From assembly GCA_965662845.1 (NCBI GenBank), contig CBFIJD010000007.1, forward strand, positions 39,317-103,316: DNA of 64,000 nucleotides. The letters are read 5' to 3'. The translations under genes and the position numbers were made by a program. This document shows positions 31,123-40,715 of this stretch, piece after piece; position 1 is the first letter of the stretch; each line of letters opens with the position of its first letter. This DNA comes from an uncultured bacterium. Its GTDB lineage: Bacteria; SAR324; NAC60-12. The notes under the pieces were generated by a model, which had not been told where the DNA came from, searched no databases, and saw nothing but the letters and a program-made list of their open reading frames with translations.

Positions 31123-31887
31123 TCATGTCGCCTGAATTTTGATCAACGCGTGGCTTCGAGGCTCTCTGCCCAAGTGATAACGCAGATAGATTAACATGGC
31201 TTTGTGCAGCTCGCGCAAGTTCAAAAGCGTCGGCGTGAGTGAGAGTTCGGGGCGCTCTGCGAGTTGGCGCAACAATGCGACAGAGCCGGCCGAGAGCCAA
31301 GAGGCATCGTTGTGCGGCTCCGTGTGTTGGGGGCTGCGCACTCCGCCCAAGCGGGCATCCAGTTGATAAAATGTCTTTTCGGGGACGTTCACTTCTGGTG
31401 GCAGCGCTTGACCGCTGATGAGGCACTGCCTCACGTCAGGCTGCACTCCCAAGATCTCTAAGAATTCCCACTCGTAGCGCAGCTTCTGCGCTGGGTCGGC
31501 GGGGTGTTTTTGCAACGCGCGCAAGATGTTGAGTAACCAGTCAAAACACCGCTGCGCGTCGTCGGGTGGGATCTCTGCCAGCAGGAGCAGCTCGGCGAAG
31601 TAGCTAGCGTGTAGAAACCGCGGATACTCGCGCCGAATCGCAGGGAAGGCTTCTAGGCTCTCGCAGTGTTGCACGCGCACCATCTCACTCTGGCGGCGTT
31701 CTGTGAACTCGACTCGCGCGAGAATCAGAGGTTCAGAGCCGGCGCGGCTGGCGGATTTCAAGCTCTTCGCGCCGTGGACAATGCCGGAGCGTTTGCCGTA
31801 AGTCTGCGTTAGAAACGTGAGGATGCGGTCGCGCTCGCGATAGTCGACGGGGCGTAAAATGAGGGCTTCTTCGCTGAAGGATGACAC
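31123..31887 (-). CDS. recO: DNA repair protein RecO
   Basis: EALILR..DY.E.DRILTFLT..YGK...VHGAK N-terminal OB fold; LG..P...C motif. Confidence 0.88.
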   Translation of the reverse strand: MSSFSEEALILRPVDYRERDRILTFLTQTYGKRSGIVHGAKSLKSASRAGSEPLILARVEFTERRQSEMVRVQHCESLEAFPAIRREYPRFLHASYFAELLLLAEIPPDDAQRCFDWLLNILRALQKHPADPAQKLRYEWEFLEILGVQPDVRQCLISGQALPPEVNVPEKTFYQLDARLGGVRSPQHTEPHNDASWLSAGSVALLRQLAERPELSLTPTLLNLRELHKAMLIYLRYHLGREPRSHALIKIQAT

Positions 31888-31889
31888 GC

Positions 31890-32894
31890 TCAGTTGCGGC
31901 TGATCGCGACTGGCTCTGTTCGCACTTTCAGACCATTCGCAGCGCCTTTGAGGGGAGATACAATCAGGCGCTCTCCCTCTTCTAAGCCTGCGGCCAGAAA
32001 GACTTCGTCATCTTCCACTCGCAACACATCCACTGGGCGAATCTCCAAAAGGTCTTGTTGTGCGACCCAAACAGTGTTGGCGTCGCGCAAAGCCGTCGCT
32101 GGAATCACAATCACATTTTCCAGTCGTCGCGCTGGAATCAAGACATCGACAAAGGTCCCCATAAAGAGCGGCAGAGCGCCGTTGTCTCCAAAACGGTTCA
32201 AATGAAAGGGATCGTTCACGGTCAACACAAGCTGCGTCATCAGCCCCTGCGGGGTCACTTCAGGCAGAAAGCGCTGCACAGAGGCATCCCAAATGCCGAT
32301 CCGCTCGCCATACCGGAGCCGAACGGTCGCGGACATGCGCAGGCTGTCTGCGTTCGGATCAAACCCCAACCACTCCAAATCCTGCATAGGCAAATCGACC
32401 ACCACCTCGGCTTGGTCGCTGCCAACCAGCACTCCTAATTGGGCGCCTGGCGACACAAATTGCCCCAGGTCCACGGCTCGCTCTTGCAAGACGGCATGGA
32501 AGGGGGCTCGCAGCGCGGTGTAGTCCAGATTGCCGCCATTCATTGGTTGCAGCGTCACGAGCAAATCGCCTTCTTTGACAAAAGCGCCTTCGCGGAGTTG
32601 GGGGCTAATCCAGTTCACAATTCCGGAGATTTGCGGTGTGAGCAGCACTCGCTGCGCCGGTTGCACCCGGCCGTTTAGCTCCAGTTGAACTTGTCGCGTC
32701 GTGCGCATCACCGTGACGGTCTCGACAAGTTTGCCTTCGTAGGGCTGGGCTTTCTTCTCAGCTTCAGGGCTTGTGAAGACCAGCCCCGCCGTCGCCGCGC
32801 TGCCGAGCAATAAAATGAAAATGGGGAGCCAGAGTTTCAGGTTCGTCAGCCACGACCAGCGAGTCGGACGACGAAGGAGGTTTTGAGGGCGCAT
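31890..32894 (-). CDS. RND efflux periplasmic adaptor (MFP) lacking the alpha-helical hairpin
   Basis: N-terminal TM; PQISG.V...L.EG.FV..GDLL, APF.A...VDLGQFV.PG, IPATAL and GLEEGE motifs. Confidence 0.85.
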   Translation of the reverse strand: MRPQNLLRRPTRWSWLTNLKLWLPIFILLLGSAATAGLVFTSPEAEKKAQPYEGKLVETVTVMRTTRQVQLELNGRVQPAQRVLLTPQISGIVNWISPQLREGAFVKEGDLLVTLQPMNGGNLDYTALRAPFHAVLQERAVDLGQFVSPGAQLGVLVGSDQAEVVVDLPMQDLEWLGFDPNADSLRMSATVRLRYGERIGIWDASVQRFLPEVTPQGLMTQLVLTVNDPFHLNRFGDNGALPLFMGTFVDVLIPARRLENVIVIPATALRDANTVWVAQQDLLEIRPVDVLRVEDDEVFLAAGLEEGERLIVSPLKGAANGLKVRTEPVAISRN

Positions 32895-33412
32895 CAGTCG
32901 GGACAATAATACTGGTGGATCGGTTGGTCGTCAGGCAGGGCTTGCAACGGAATCCATTCGCGGCGCGTGTCCCGCAGAAACTCGACGAGGGTTTCGGGCA
33001 TTTTTTCATTGCGTCCAATCAGCGTCAATGTCTGATCTGAACAATTATACAGTCGCAGTTGATGGTTCCATCCATCGTCGATTTGAATGGTGCTCAGCCC
33101 CGCGAGGACAATCTTGGGGGCATTCGCTGGGGTGGGAAACGTTCGCGTGAGGGCCGACTGATCATACACCAGCAGGGTCGTCGGAGGTGCAAGCCAGTGA
33201 GCAGGGTTGTAAAAGTCTCCATCTCGGACAGAGTAGATCTCGACCAAAGTCGCGGGGCCGTTCTGCCCCTGTCGCACCTGCTCCCGAATGCGGTCAGCCC
33301 ACTGGTATCCTGTGGCGATAGTGTACGTCCATCCAAGGATAATCAGAAGCAGTATGACCCACGCGGTCGTGCGGGTGTTGAGACGGTGTAACCAGTGGAT
33401 GAAAGAAGACAT
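32894..33412 (-). CDS. Hypothetical membrane-anchored protein
   Basis: 172-aa ORF with one N-terminal TM; stop overlaps the MFP start. Confidence 0.65.
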   Translation of the reverse strand: MSSFIHWLHRLNTRTTAWVILLLIILGWTYTIATGYQWADRIREQVRQGQNGPATLVEIYSVRDGDFYNPAHWLAPPTTLLVYDQSALTRTFPTPANAPKIVLAGLSTIQIDDGWNHQLRLYNCSDQTLTLIGRNEKMPETLVEFLRDTRREWIPLQALPDDQPIHQYYCPD

Positions 33413-33487
33413 CGTTCGCGCGCTAAAAAATCACTTGGGAAACGCGCGAGGATAGCGGCGCTGGCTGGGAAGGCAAGGGGAATTTGT

Positions 33488-34267
33488 TCAGAAGCGGTAA
33501 GTCACGAAGAGATTGAGGGTTTGGCTCAGGCGTGCTTTGCCTGTTGTGCTTGGATAGCGGATGTCAATCCCGCTCTCCGGAAAGCCGAATAAGGAGAGGT
33601 CATACCAGCCGAGCTCGCCGCCCACAAAAAGCTCTTCGCTGATCAAGAACGAGACGGGGATTTCTAGGCCGTTCAGCGATGGCTGCGCGCTCACGCTGTC
33701 AACTTGATCGGACAGGTGGCCGGTTCCCCAAATGCCCAGCACCAGCTCGGGAGTCAATTGTAACGTCGGTGAGTCAATGAGCAGCCACCCCGCCGTGATC
33801 GCGAGAGACTGCTGGGTGTAGCGAATTTCGTCTGCGGCATTGTAAGAGCCAGCCATGTCGGCGAACAGCCATTCGGCTCCCAAGGTATAGCCTGCGTATT
33901 CGACCCAATGGTAGTGCACAACAAGCGACGATCCGCTCAAATCAAACGTGTTCCCGTGCTTCTCATAGCTCCCGGCAGCCGCGCCGACGCCAACACTCAC
34001 CTGCTGTCGGAAGCCGAGTTCTGCTGTTGGCGCGCTTGCGATGACCTCCGCTTCGTCAGCGCCGACTTCCTCTGCGAACGTCTCCGGTTCTGGGGCAGGG
34101 GGGGCTTCTGGCAACAGCTCGCTCTCTTCGCACGTGTAAGCAATGACATCGTCCGCCAGACCCAGCCGTTCCATCTCGGCGATCTCTTCTGACGTACAGG
34201 CGCCCCATGTGCTCCCAGCCCACAACATTGCGGTCAACACCGCGCTCCATCGCTTCCAGTGCTTCAT
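33488..34267 (-). CDS. Hypothetical outer-membrane beta-barrel protein
   Basis: Signal peptide; alternating beta strands; C-terminal LFVTYRF beta-signal. Confidence 0.7.
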   Translation of the reverse strand: MKHWKRWSAVLTAMLWAGSTWGACTSEEIAEMERLGLADDVIAYTCEESELLPEAPPAPEPETFAEEVGADEAEVIASAPTAELGFRQQVSVGVGAAAGSYEKHGNTFDLSGSSLVVHYHWVEYAGYTLGAEWLFADMAGSYNAADEIRYTQQSLAITAGWLLIDSPTLQLTPELVLGIWGTGHLSDQVDSVSAQPSLNGLEIPVSFLISEELFVGGELGWYDLSLFGFPESGIDIRYPSTTGKARLSQTLNLFVTYRF

Positions 34268-34422
34268 ACCCTGATCTGTTCGAGGTTGACGAAAAACCAC
34301 CTGCCCGATGCAACAATCATGACACTCCTTCAGGCCTGTGTGACGATTTGCTACGCTCTTTGCATCCCTCCGACAACCTCAATTTCCCAACCTTTGCCGA
34401 AGTTTTTCAGAGACGAGCGAAC

Positions 34423-35898
34423 ATGCCAAAATGGATGATGTGGATGGGGATGGCCCTGCTCAGCAGCGCGACGTTCTACGCTTGCGCCGAACCAGAAGAA
34501 GCGACCGAGTCGGGCAGCGCTCCCGTCGAAAGTGTGAGTCTGCAGCTAGTTAGGTCGACTCCGAGTTTTGTAGAGAAAGACACGAGCTTCCCTTACACCC
34601 GTGACTTAGAGGTCACCTTCAACAGCGCGTTGGCCGAGAGCTCGATCCTAATGTCGCCGAATGCGACTTGTGAGGCTAGCAGTGTGCGGCTCTATCGCAG
34701 CGACGATTCCGAAAATTGCCTCTCCCTCACTTATCAACTCGCGGCAGAAGTCCTGACGATTCGACCGCTCGCGCCTCTCCGGGCGGACAGCGACTACGAG
34801 CTGCTGCTGACGACGGCGTTGCGAAGTGGCACGAGCCGGCTCAATGACAATGTCAGCGTCTCTTTCACGACCTTGTTTCCTTACGACGGCTCTTTCCAGA
34901 ACCCTCTCAACCTCAACGTGAACGCTCTGGAAGTTGAGATGACTGGGGAAACGACAGCAGGCCTGAACAACGATGACGGCCTCGAACAGTTTCATCGTCC
35001 ACGAGACCTCGCCACGAACGGCACCGACTTGTTCATTGCAGACACGCGCAACGGCGTGATTCGACAACAAAACCTCGCCACGGGGCGCGTCAGCACGCTC
35101 GACCTCTCCGGCTATTCCCGCGTCAATCTCTCCGCCAACGAAGAACTCTTCTCGGCTCCTGTCGACCTCACTCTGAATGAAGATACCCTCTTCGTGCTAG
35201 ATCAAGATTTTCACCGCGTGCTGAGCATCAGCTTGGGAGGAAGCCAGCAAGTCCGCTTGATCGCAGGTGGAAGCCGGGGTTTCAGCGACGGGAACGGAAT
35301 TGCAGCGCAGTTCAACCAGCCTCAAGGGATCACAAACACCCCAGACGCGCTATATGTAGCCGACACCTGCAATCACAACATCCGACGGATTGACCTCGCC
35401 ACTTATGCCGTCACGTCCCTCTTAGACAACGTCACGCCTGGTTGTGGGAATGGAGTCGACAACACGCTAGAGAGTCCGGTGGCCTTAACCGTGGTTGCGA
35501 ACGAAGACAGCAGCGAGACGCTCTATGTTGCAGATAGCGCAGATCAACAAATTTACTCGCTGAACACAGACTGTGATCAGAGTGAAACTTACGACCCTGA
35601 CCAGTTGGATTCTCAAAGTGGCCGTTGCGCCGTCAGCGCTCCATTTGGGAATTTGGTGTTCACGCCTGCGACAGGTTCGTCTGCAGAGAACGCGTCTCTG
35701 ATTCCAAGCAGCGTCGCCACCGACGGCGCCTATCTCTACGTCGGGGGGCAGCAAGGGTTGATCAGAATAGATCGGCGCACCGGAGAAGGGAGGGAGACAC
35801 TGCCAGTTCGTGTCTATGATGTAACGGGACTCACAACGGACGGGGAGGCATTGTATTTCACGGACGAGGTGCGGAACCAAATCGGGAAGATCCGTTGA
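34423..35898 (+). CDS. Lipoprotein with Ig-like (Big_5-type) domain and NHL beta-propeller repeats
   Basis: FYAC lipobox; LTIRPLAPL...Y.L and VSFTT Ig-like motif; LFIADT, AQFNQPQG, LYVADT and LYVADS repeats. Confidence 0.8.
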   Translation: MPKWMMWMGMALLSSATFYACAEPEEATESGSAPVESVSLQLVRSTPSFVEKDTSFPYTRDLEVTFNSALAESSILMSPNATCEASSVRLYRSDDSENCLSLTYQLAAEVLTIRPLAPLRADSDYELLLTTALRSGTSRLNDNVSVSFTTLFPYDGSFQNPLNLNVNALEVEMTGETTAGLNNDDGLEQFHRPRDLATNGTDLFIADTRNGVIRQQNLATGRVSTLDLSGYSRVNLSANEELFSAPVDLTLNEDTLFVLDQDFHRVLSISLGGSQQVRLIAGGSRGFSDGNGIAAQFNQPQGITNTPDALYVADTCNHNIRRIDLATYAVTSLLDNVTPGCGNGVDNTLESPVALTVVANEDSSETLYVADSADQQIYSLNTDCDQSETYDPDQLDSQSGRCAVSAPFGNLVFTPATGSSAENASLIPSSVATDGAYLYVGGQQGLIRIDRRTGEGRETLPVRVYDVTGLTTDGEALYFTDEVRNQIGKIR

Positions 35899-35927
35899 TG
35901 TCGCCCGCAAGGCAGGAGAGGACGCTG

Positions 35928-37289
35928 TCAGCGCGGCTGTAGTCGATCGCCGAAGATTTGCTGCAAGCGCTGGACGGAGTCTTGGAGGTTGGTGTTTTCG
36001 CTCATCCCTTGCCGGGCAAACTCCATCATCAGAGGATACTTCTGGACAGCATAGTCAATGTCAGGGTTGCTGCCGCGCACATACGCGCCAATGTTGATGA
36101 GATCTTCGGCTTCCCGATACGTTGCCAAAGTGCTGCGATAAATTTGTGCAAGCTGCTGGTGTACGTCAGACGTCACATCCGGCATCACGCGGCTCGCCGA
36201 GACAAGCAGATCGACCGCAGGGTAGGTGCCTTTGGCAGCGATGTCGCGGTTTAACACAATGTGACCGTCCACAATCGCCCGAGCAGCGTCGCCAATCGGG
36301 TCGTTCGTATCATCCCCTTCAATCAAGACCGTGTAAAAGCCGGTGATGGATCCCTTCTCTCCGCTGGTTCCGGCGCGCTCTAACAAGCCTGGCATCGTGG
36401 CAAACACAGAGGGCGGATAGCCCTTGGTCGTTGGCGGTTCTCCTGCGGCCAAGCCAATCTCCCGTTGCGCCATCGCGAAACGAGTCAGCGAGTCCATCGT
36501 CAGCAACACGTCCATGCCTTGAGCACGAAAAAATTCTGCAATCGAGGTAGCGACATAGGCTCCGCGCATTCTCAACAGCGCTGGTTGGTCGGAGGTCGCG
36601 ACCACCACCACAGAGCGCGCCATACCTCCTGGCCCTAAGATTCCTTCAATAAAGTCTTTCACCTCGCGACCGCGCTCACCAATCAAAGCAATCACGTTGA
36701 CATCGGCGTTGGTAAAGCGCGCCATCATGCCTAGCAACACGGACTTCCCGACGCCGGAGCCGGCCAAGATCCCAATGCGCTGACCGCGTCCACAAGTCAG
36801 CACACCATTGAGCACGCGGACTCCTACATCCAGCGGTTCAAACACGCGCGGGCGATTGAGCGGATTGATTGAAGGTGGATAAAGCGGCGTTTCGGTGTGT
36901 GTAAAAAGTTCCCCTTGGCCATCAATCGGGCGCATCAAAGGGTCAAGCACGCGGCCCAGAAGCCCCTCGCCCACGCGCACCATTGGGTCGCGATGATTGT
37001 AGAGAATCCGACACTGCGGGCCGACGTTGTTCATTTGCTCCAGCAGCATCACCAAGATTTTATCCTCACGGAAGCCAACCACTTCGGCAGGGACGGAGAC
37101 TTGGGTCTGTGGATCGAAGACGTAGCACATGCTGCCTTTCGAGCAGCCTGGGTTGGTCGCTTCTAGCAAGTGACCGATCATGTGCGTGACACGACCTTCG
37201 GGGCGCAACGCGCGGTAGCGCTGCATGTGCTTGAGATAGGGATCAAGGTGAGAATAGGGCGGTAAGTGGGTCGGGCTCTCCAGAGACAT
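35928..37289 (-). CDS. fliI: Flagellar export ATPase FliI
   Basis: AGSGVGKS, IGERGREV, DSLTRFAMAQREIGL and GEPPTTKGYPPS motifs. Confidence 0.97.
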   Translation of the reverse strand: MSLESPTHLPPYSHLDPYLKHMQRYRALRPEGRVTHMIGHLLEATNPGCSKGSMCYVFDPQTQVSVPAEVVGFREDKILVMLLEQMNNVGPQCRILYNHRDPMVRVGEGLLGRVLDPLMRPIDGQGELFTHTETPLYPPSINPLNRPRVFEPLDVGVRVLNGVLTCGRGQRIGILAGSGVGKSVLLGMMARFTNADVNVIALIGERGREVKDFIEGILGPGGMARSVVVVATSDQPALLRMRGAYVATSIAEFFRAQGMDVLLTMDSLTRFAMAQREIGLAAGEPPTTKGYPPSVFATMPGLLERAGTSGEKGSITGFYTVLIEGDDTNDPIGDAARAIVDGHIVLNRDIAAKGTYPAVDLLVSASRVMPDVTSDVHQQLAQIYRSTLATYREAEDLINIGAYVRGSNPDIDYAVQKYPLMMEFARQGMSENTNLQDSVQRLQQIFGDRLQPR

Positions 37290-38473
37290 CAGTGGTCTCC
37301 ATTGAGCAAGTCGAGCGGATCGATCATCTCATCTACAGCAGGCTCCTTGTCCTGAGGCGAGGGATCGCTCTCGGGAGCGGAGTCCATTTCTACCGGCTCC
37401 GGGCGAGGTGCGCCGGGGCTGAAATCATGCGCGTCCATGTCTACGGTGTGCAGCTGGACTTGGCGTTGGGCGAGCTTTTGGCTGAGTTCTTCTTCGACCT
37501 GCTCAAACTGTTGCTGCAACGTGAAGTTCAACGCGTTGTCGTCGGTTTCAATATAAATCGAGCCGGGCTCGGCGTCAGGATTGACCTTAATGCTCAGGGT
37601 CTGGTCTTCATCCATATATTGCTCCAGATCAACGCCCGTGTTCTGAATGAACTCGAAGTCTTCAGGATGCAGGAAGACTTGGATGCGCCCCATGGTCTCA
37701 ATTTCTTTGAGCGCCTTACGCAGAATGTTCTGCAGCATCTCTGGGTTGAGCTCGAGTTCCTGAATGATCACGCGTTTTGCGATCAGCACTGAGAGTTGCA
37801 CCAGCTCTTGTTCTGCCTGAAAGCGGACGACTTGGCGCAAGCTGGCCAGCTGCTCAATTACGGCAGACATTTGATGCGCTAGATATTCAGACTCCTGAAA
37901 TCGCTGCTGCATCCCCTCTTGGCGCCCCGCTTCAAACCCCTCTTGATAGCCCTGCTCTTTGATCTGCTCGGCTTCTGTGTAAGCGTTCTGGAGGACGTCT
38001 TGGCGCTCATCTTCCATCGCCTGCTTCAGCGCTTGGGTCTCGCGCTTGAGCTGTTCTGCCTCTGCGTGAGCGTCTTCCGTTTTGCTCAACAGCTGACGTT
38101 TGTAGAGCTCGGCGCCTTCCCGAATGGAGCGCGCGTAGGCCTCGGCGTCCGTCAACAAAGAGTTTTCGCGATTAAACTTATCACTCTCAAACTCACTGGC
38201 CAGCGCGAGCTTTTCTTCTTCGCTTTTTGAATATTCGCCTGTGTCGAGCTGTCCATAGTCGGCGTCACTGGCAAAGGCCTCGGCCCCAGCATCGTAGCCC
38301 TCATGGAAATGAATCGTTTCGAACGCCTCCGACTTTTCCAGATGCTCTGGAAGGGCTTGTTCGGTCTTGGCCACAGGGGTAGCTTCTGCGCGCAAACGAG
38401 GGGAGCCTTCCGCTTCAGAATCTACAGAGTCGTCAAAGCTCGGTAAGACAAATTCTTGAAATTCGTCGCTCAT
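37289..38473 (-). CDS. fliH: Flagellar assembly protein FliH with long acidic N-terminal extension
   Basis: GYQEGFEAGRQEG GxxxG repeats, IAKRVI and LHPED motifs; directly upstream of fliI. Confidence 0.85.
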   Translation of the reverse strand: MSDEFQEFVLPSFDDSVDSEAEGSPRLRAEATPVAKTEQALPEHLEKSEAFETIHFHEGYDAGAEAFASDADYGQLDTGEYSKSEEEKLALASEFESDKFNRENSLLTDAEAYARSIREGAELYKRQLLSKTEDAHAEAEQLKRETQALKQAMEDERQDVLQNAYTEAEQIKEQGYQEGFEAGRQEGMQQRFQESEYLAHQMSAVIEQLASLRQVVRFQAEQELVQLSVLIAKRVIIQELELNPEMLQNILRKALKEIETMGRIQVFLHPEDFEFIQNTGVDLEQYMDEDQTLSIKVNPDAEPGSIYIETDDNALNFTLQQQFEQVEEELSQKLAQRQVQLHTVDMDAHDFSPGAPRPEPVEMDSAPESDPSPQDKEPAVDEMIDPLDLLNGDH

Positions 38474-38551
38474 AAGAAAATTGCGGTGTGAGGAGAGGAG
38501 GACGGAAACAGGCAGGGAAGCGGTGGGAGCCGACGAGGCGACTCCTGCACA

Positions 38552-40165
38552 TTACTTCTTGTCGCGCAACCAGGTCCGTACCAAGTTGGCGGTCTTGAGC
38601 GGATCTGCCTTGGCCATTTCCAGAATCTTGTCGCGCGGCGGCAGGCCAGATTCGCGTTCGGTCGGAATTTCGAGTTCTTCGCCTTCGAGCTCGCCAATCG
38701 TCGCTGGTAGCCCCATGAGGAGGTCGAGATCTGCCGGCTTCGTGCTGAGTCGCTGCACCATCGGGCGAATCACCAACATGATCAAAGCGAGCACCGCGGC
38801 GCCCAGCGCTACGTAGCGAATGACGTCCAGAATGAACTGGTTGCGGACGCGCGTCGCCTCTAGCTCGGCGGCTTTGTCTTCTTCCAAGGCCTTCCCAAAC
38901 GGCATGTTGACGACGGTCACACTGTCGCCTCTCTCCGCGCTGAAGCCAATCGCGCTCTGCACCAGAGAGACGATCTCTTCCTTCTCATTCTCTGACCAAG
39001 GGATGTTGTCGCGGCCTAGATAGTTGCCGCTTTCGTCAAGAATTTGTGGGCGCTTGTTGTCTAAGAGCACGGAGACGGTGAGGCGAGTGACTTGGCCTGT
39101 CGCGGTCTCTTTGACGACCTCGCGGCGTGAGGTTTCAAAGTTGCGGGTTGAGTTCTTCTTAGAGAATTCGGAGACCGTCGCGGCTTCTCTGCCGGTCGCT
39201 TCTGGGAGGTTGGTGGTCACGCCAGCCGGGCCAACGGGGATCGAGCGTGTTCCTGTTGAGGCTTCATCAACCAGTTGCTCGCTCACAATGCTGGTCTGGT
39301 CGGGGTCGATCAACTCTTCGCGGATGGTCTCGCGATCAAATCGTAGGAGCGCGTTCACGTTCACACGCACGCGATCTTGTCCCACGACCTCTTCCAGTTG
39401 CGTGACAATCTTTTGCTCCAATTCCATCTCGAAGCGGCGCTTGTAAGCATAGTGTTCGTCGAGGCGACCGCTCACGGTGGTGTCATCCATTCCCTCAGTC
39501 AGGAGGCGACCTCGCTGGTCGGTCACTCGGACTCTCCCCGGTTGGAGTCCTTCGACGGCGCCAGCGACCAAGTGGACGACTGTCTCAACTTGCGGCTTGC
39601 TGATGCCATTTCCGTTGACTGTCAGGGCTACGGAAGCGGACGCTTCTTCTGCTGCATCGGCGAAGAGCGTCTTCTGCGGCACAGCTAAGGAGACACGAGC
39701 GCTCGTGATGTTTTGAATCGTGCTGATCAACCGAGCGAGCTCTCCTTCTTGCGCCACGCGATACTTCACTTGCTGCTGAAATTCGGTTTCTCCGAGCGCG
39801 GGCTGCGCGAACAAGTCTAGGAAGCCAACCCCGCTGTTGGGGAGCACTTTTTCGCTGGCGAGGGTTAGCCTTGCTTGGTCTACCAGCTCAGGTGGGACCA
39901 TGACGCCGCTGCCTCCAGGGGCGAGCATGTAAGGCACCTGATTTTCTTGTAATTTTTGAACGATCTTGGCGGCGTCTTCGGGAGCGAGGTTAGAGTAGAG
40001 GGGGGCCCAACTATCTTGGTTCGAGATCACGATGATAGACACCATCCCTACCAGTACAATCAGGAGAGAGACCAGTACGGTGATGCGTTTTCCGAGGCTT
40101 AGAGAGCCAAAGAAATCTTGGAACTGAAGTCGTACGTCAGAGAGAGCGTTGGCTTGTTCTGCCAT
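38552..40165 (-). CDS. fliF: Flagellar MS-ring protein FliF
   Basis: LYSNL, EGELAR.I, ASASV, AVEGL and AIGFSAERGDSV motifs; C-terminal LVRTWL. Confidence 0.97.
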   Translation of the reverse strand: MAEQANALSDVRLQFQDFFGSLSLGKRITVLVSLLIVLVGMVSIIVISNQDSWAPLYSNLAPEDAAKIVQKLQENQVPYMLAPGGSGVMVPPELVDQARLTLASEKVLPNSGVGFLDLFAQPALGETEFQQQVKYRVAQEGELARLISTIQNITSARVSLAVPQKTLFADAAEEASASVALTVNGNGISKPQVETVVHLVAGAVEGLQPGRVRVTDQRGRLLTEGMDDTTVSGRLDEHYAYKRRFEMELEQKIVTQLEEVVGQDRVRVNVNALLRFDRETIREELIDPDQTSIVSEQLVDEASTGTRSIPVGPAGVTTNLPEATGREAATVSEFSKKNSTRNFETSRREVVKETATGQVTRLTVSVLLDNKRPQILDESGNYLGRDNIPWSENEKEEIVSLVQSAIGFSAERGDSVTVVNMPFGKALEEDKAAELEATRVRNQFILDVIRYVALGAAVLALIMLVIRPMVQRLSTKPADLDLLMGLPATIGELEGEELEIPTERESGLPPRDKILEMAKADPLKTANLVRTWLRDKK

Positions 40166-40295
40166 CTACGAACCTTAGAATCAGCGACTGGAGGTGACTC
40201 GCGCCGCTATTACGGAGTATAGAGCGATATGTGTATCTTTGGTTGGTGCTGCGACACGGTGTAGGGCGCGCTTTGCGTTCCAGCGCATCGCAGTC

Positions 40296-40311
40296 AGCAA
40301 GATTGATTCCA
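40296..40311 (-). promoter_or_regulatory. Putative sigma54 (-24/-12) promoter for fliF
   Basis: Minus strand TGGAATCAATCTTGCT = GG-N10-GC with TTGC, in the fliE-fliF gap. Confidence 0.55.
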
Positions 40312-40343
40312 TGCAGCGAAAGTGAATGCAGACTATCACCGAA

Positions 40344-40649
40344 CTAGACTTGCATGCGCATCACTTCTTCGTAAGCCGTGGTGATTTTGTTACGAACCTG
40401 GAGCAACAAGCGAAGAGAGACCTCCGCCTTCTCCATCGCGATCATCGTGCCGTGAATGTCCTTTTCTTTAGAGGTCAACAGCTCCACTTTCTTCTGATCT
40501 GCGTGCTCTTGGAGTTGGTTTGCTTCCATCAGCATGTTCTCAAACGTCTGGCCGATGCTCGCGCCGCTCTCTGCGACACTGGGACGAGAAGGGTCAGGAA
40601 GGGCGCTTTTGTTTTGTAGTAAGGAGACGGAATCAGGTGGTAACTTCAT
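40344..40649 (-). CDS. fliE: Flagellar hook-basal body protein FliE
   Basis: DIHGTMIAMEKAEVSLRLLLQVRNKITTAYEEVMRMQV. Confidence 0.95.
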   Translation of the reverse strand: MKLPPDSVSLLQNKSALPDPSRPSVAESGASIGQTFENMLMEANQLQEHADQKKVELLTSKEKDIHGTMIAMEKAEVSLRLLLQVRNKITTAYEEVMRMQV

Positions 40650-40715
40650 GGTACTTCTGAGTTGGAATGAGAGTGAGACGATCTACGTAATTTTCAGGCA
40701 AAAACTTCCGTGCCG

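Noticed and set aside
40166..40295. c-di-GMP-I riboswitch in the fliF leader (GGAACGCAAAGC)
   Set aside because: Only the ACGCAAAGC fragment matches; no upstream GGCAAA or GNRA-loop stem is seen
40697..40715. Sigma54 promoter upstream of fliE (CGGCAC...TTGC)
   Set aside because: GG-to-GC spacing is 13 nt, not the required 10
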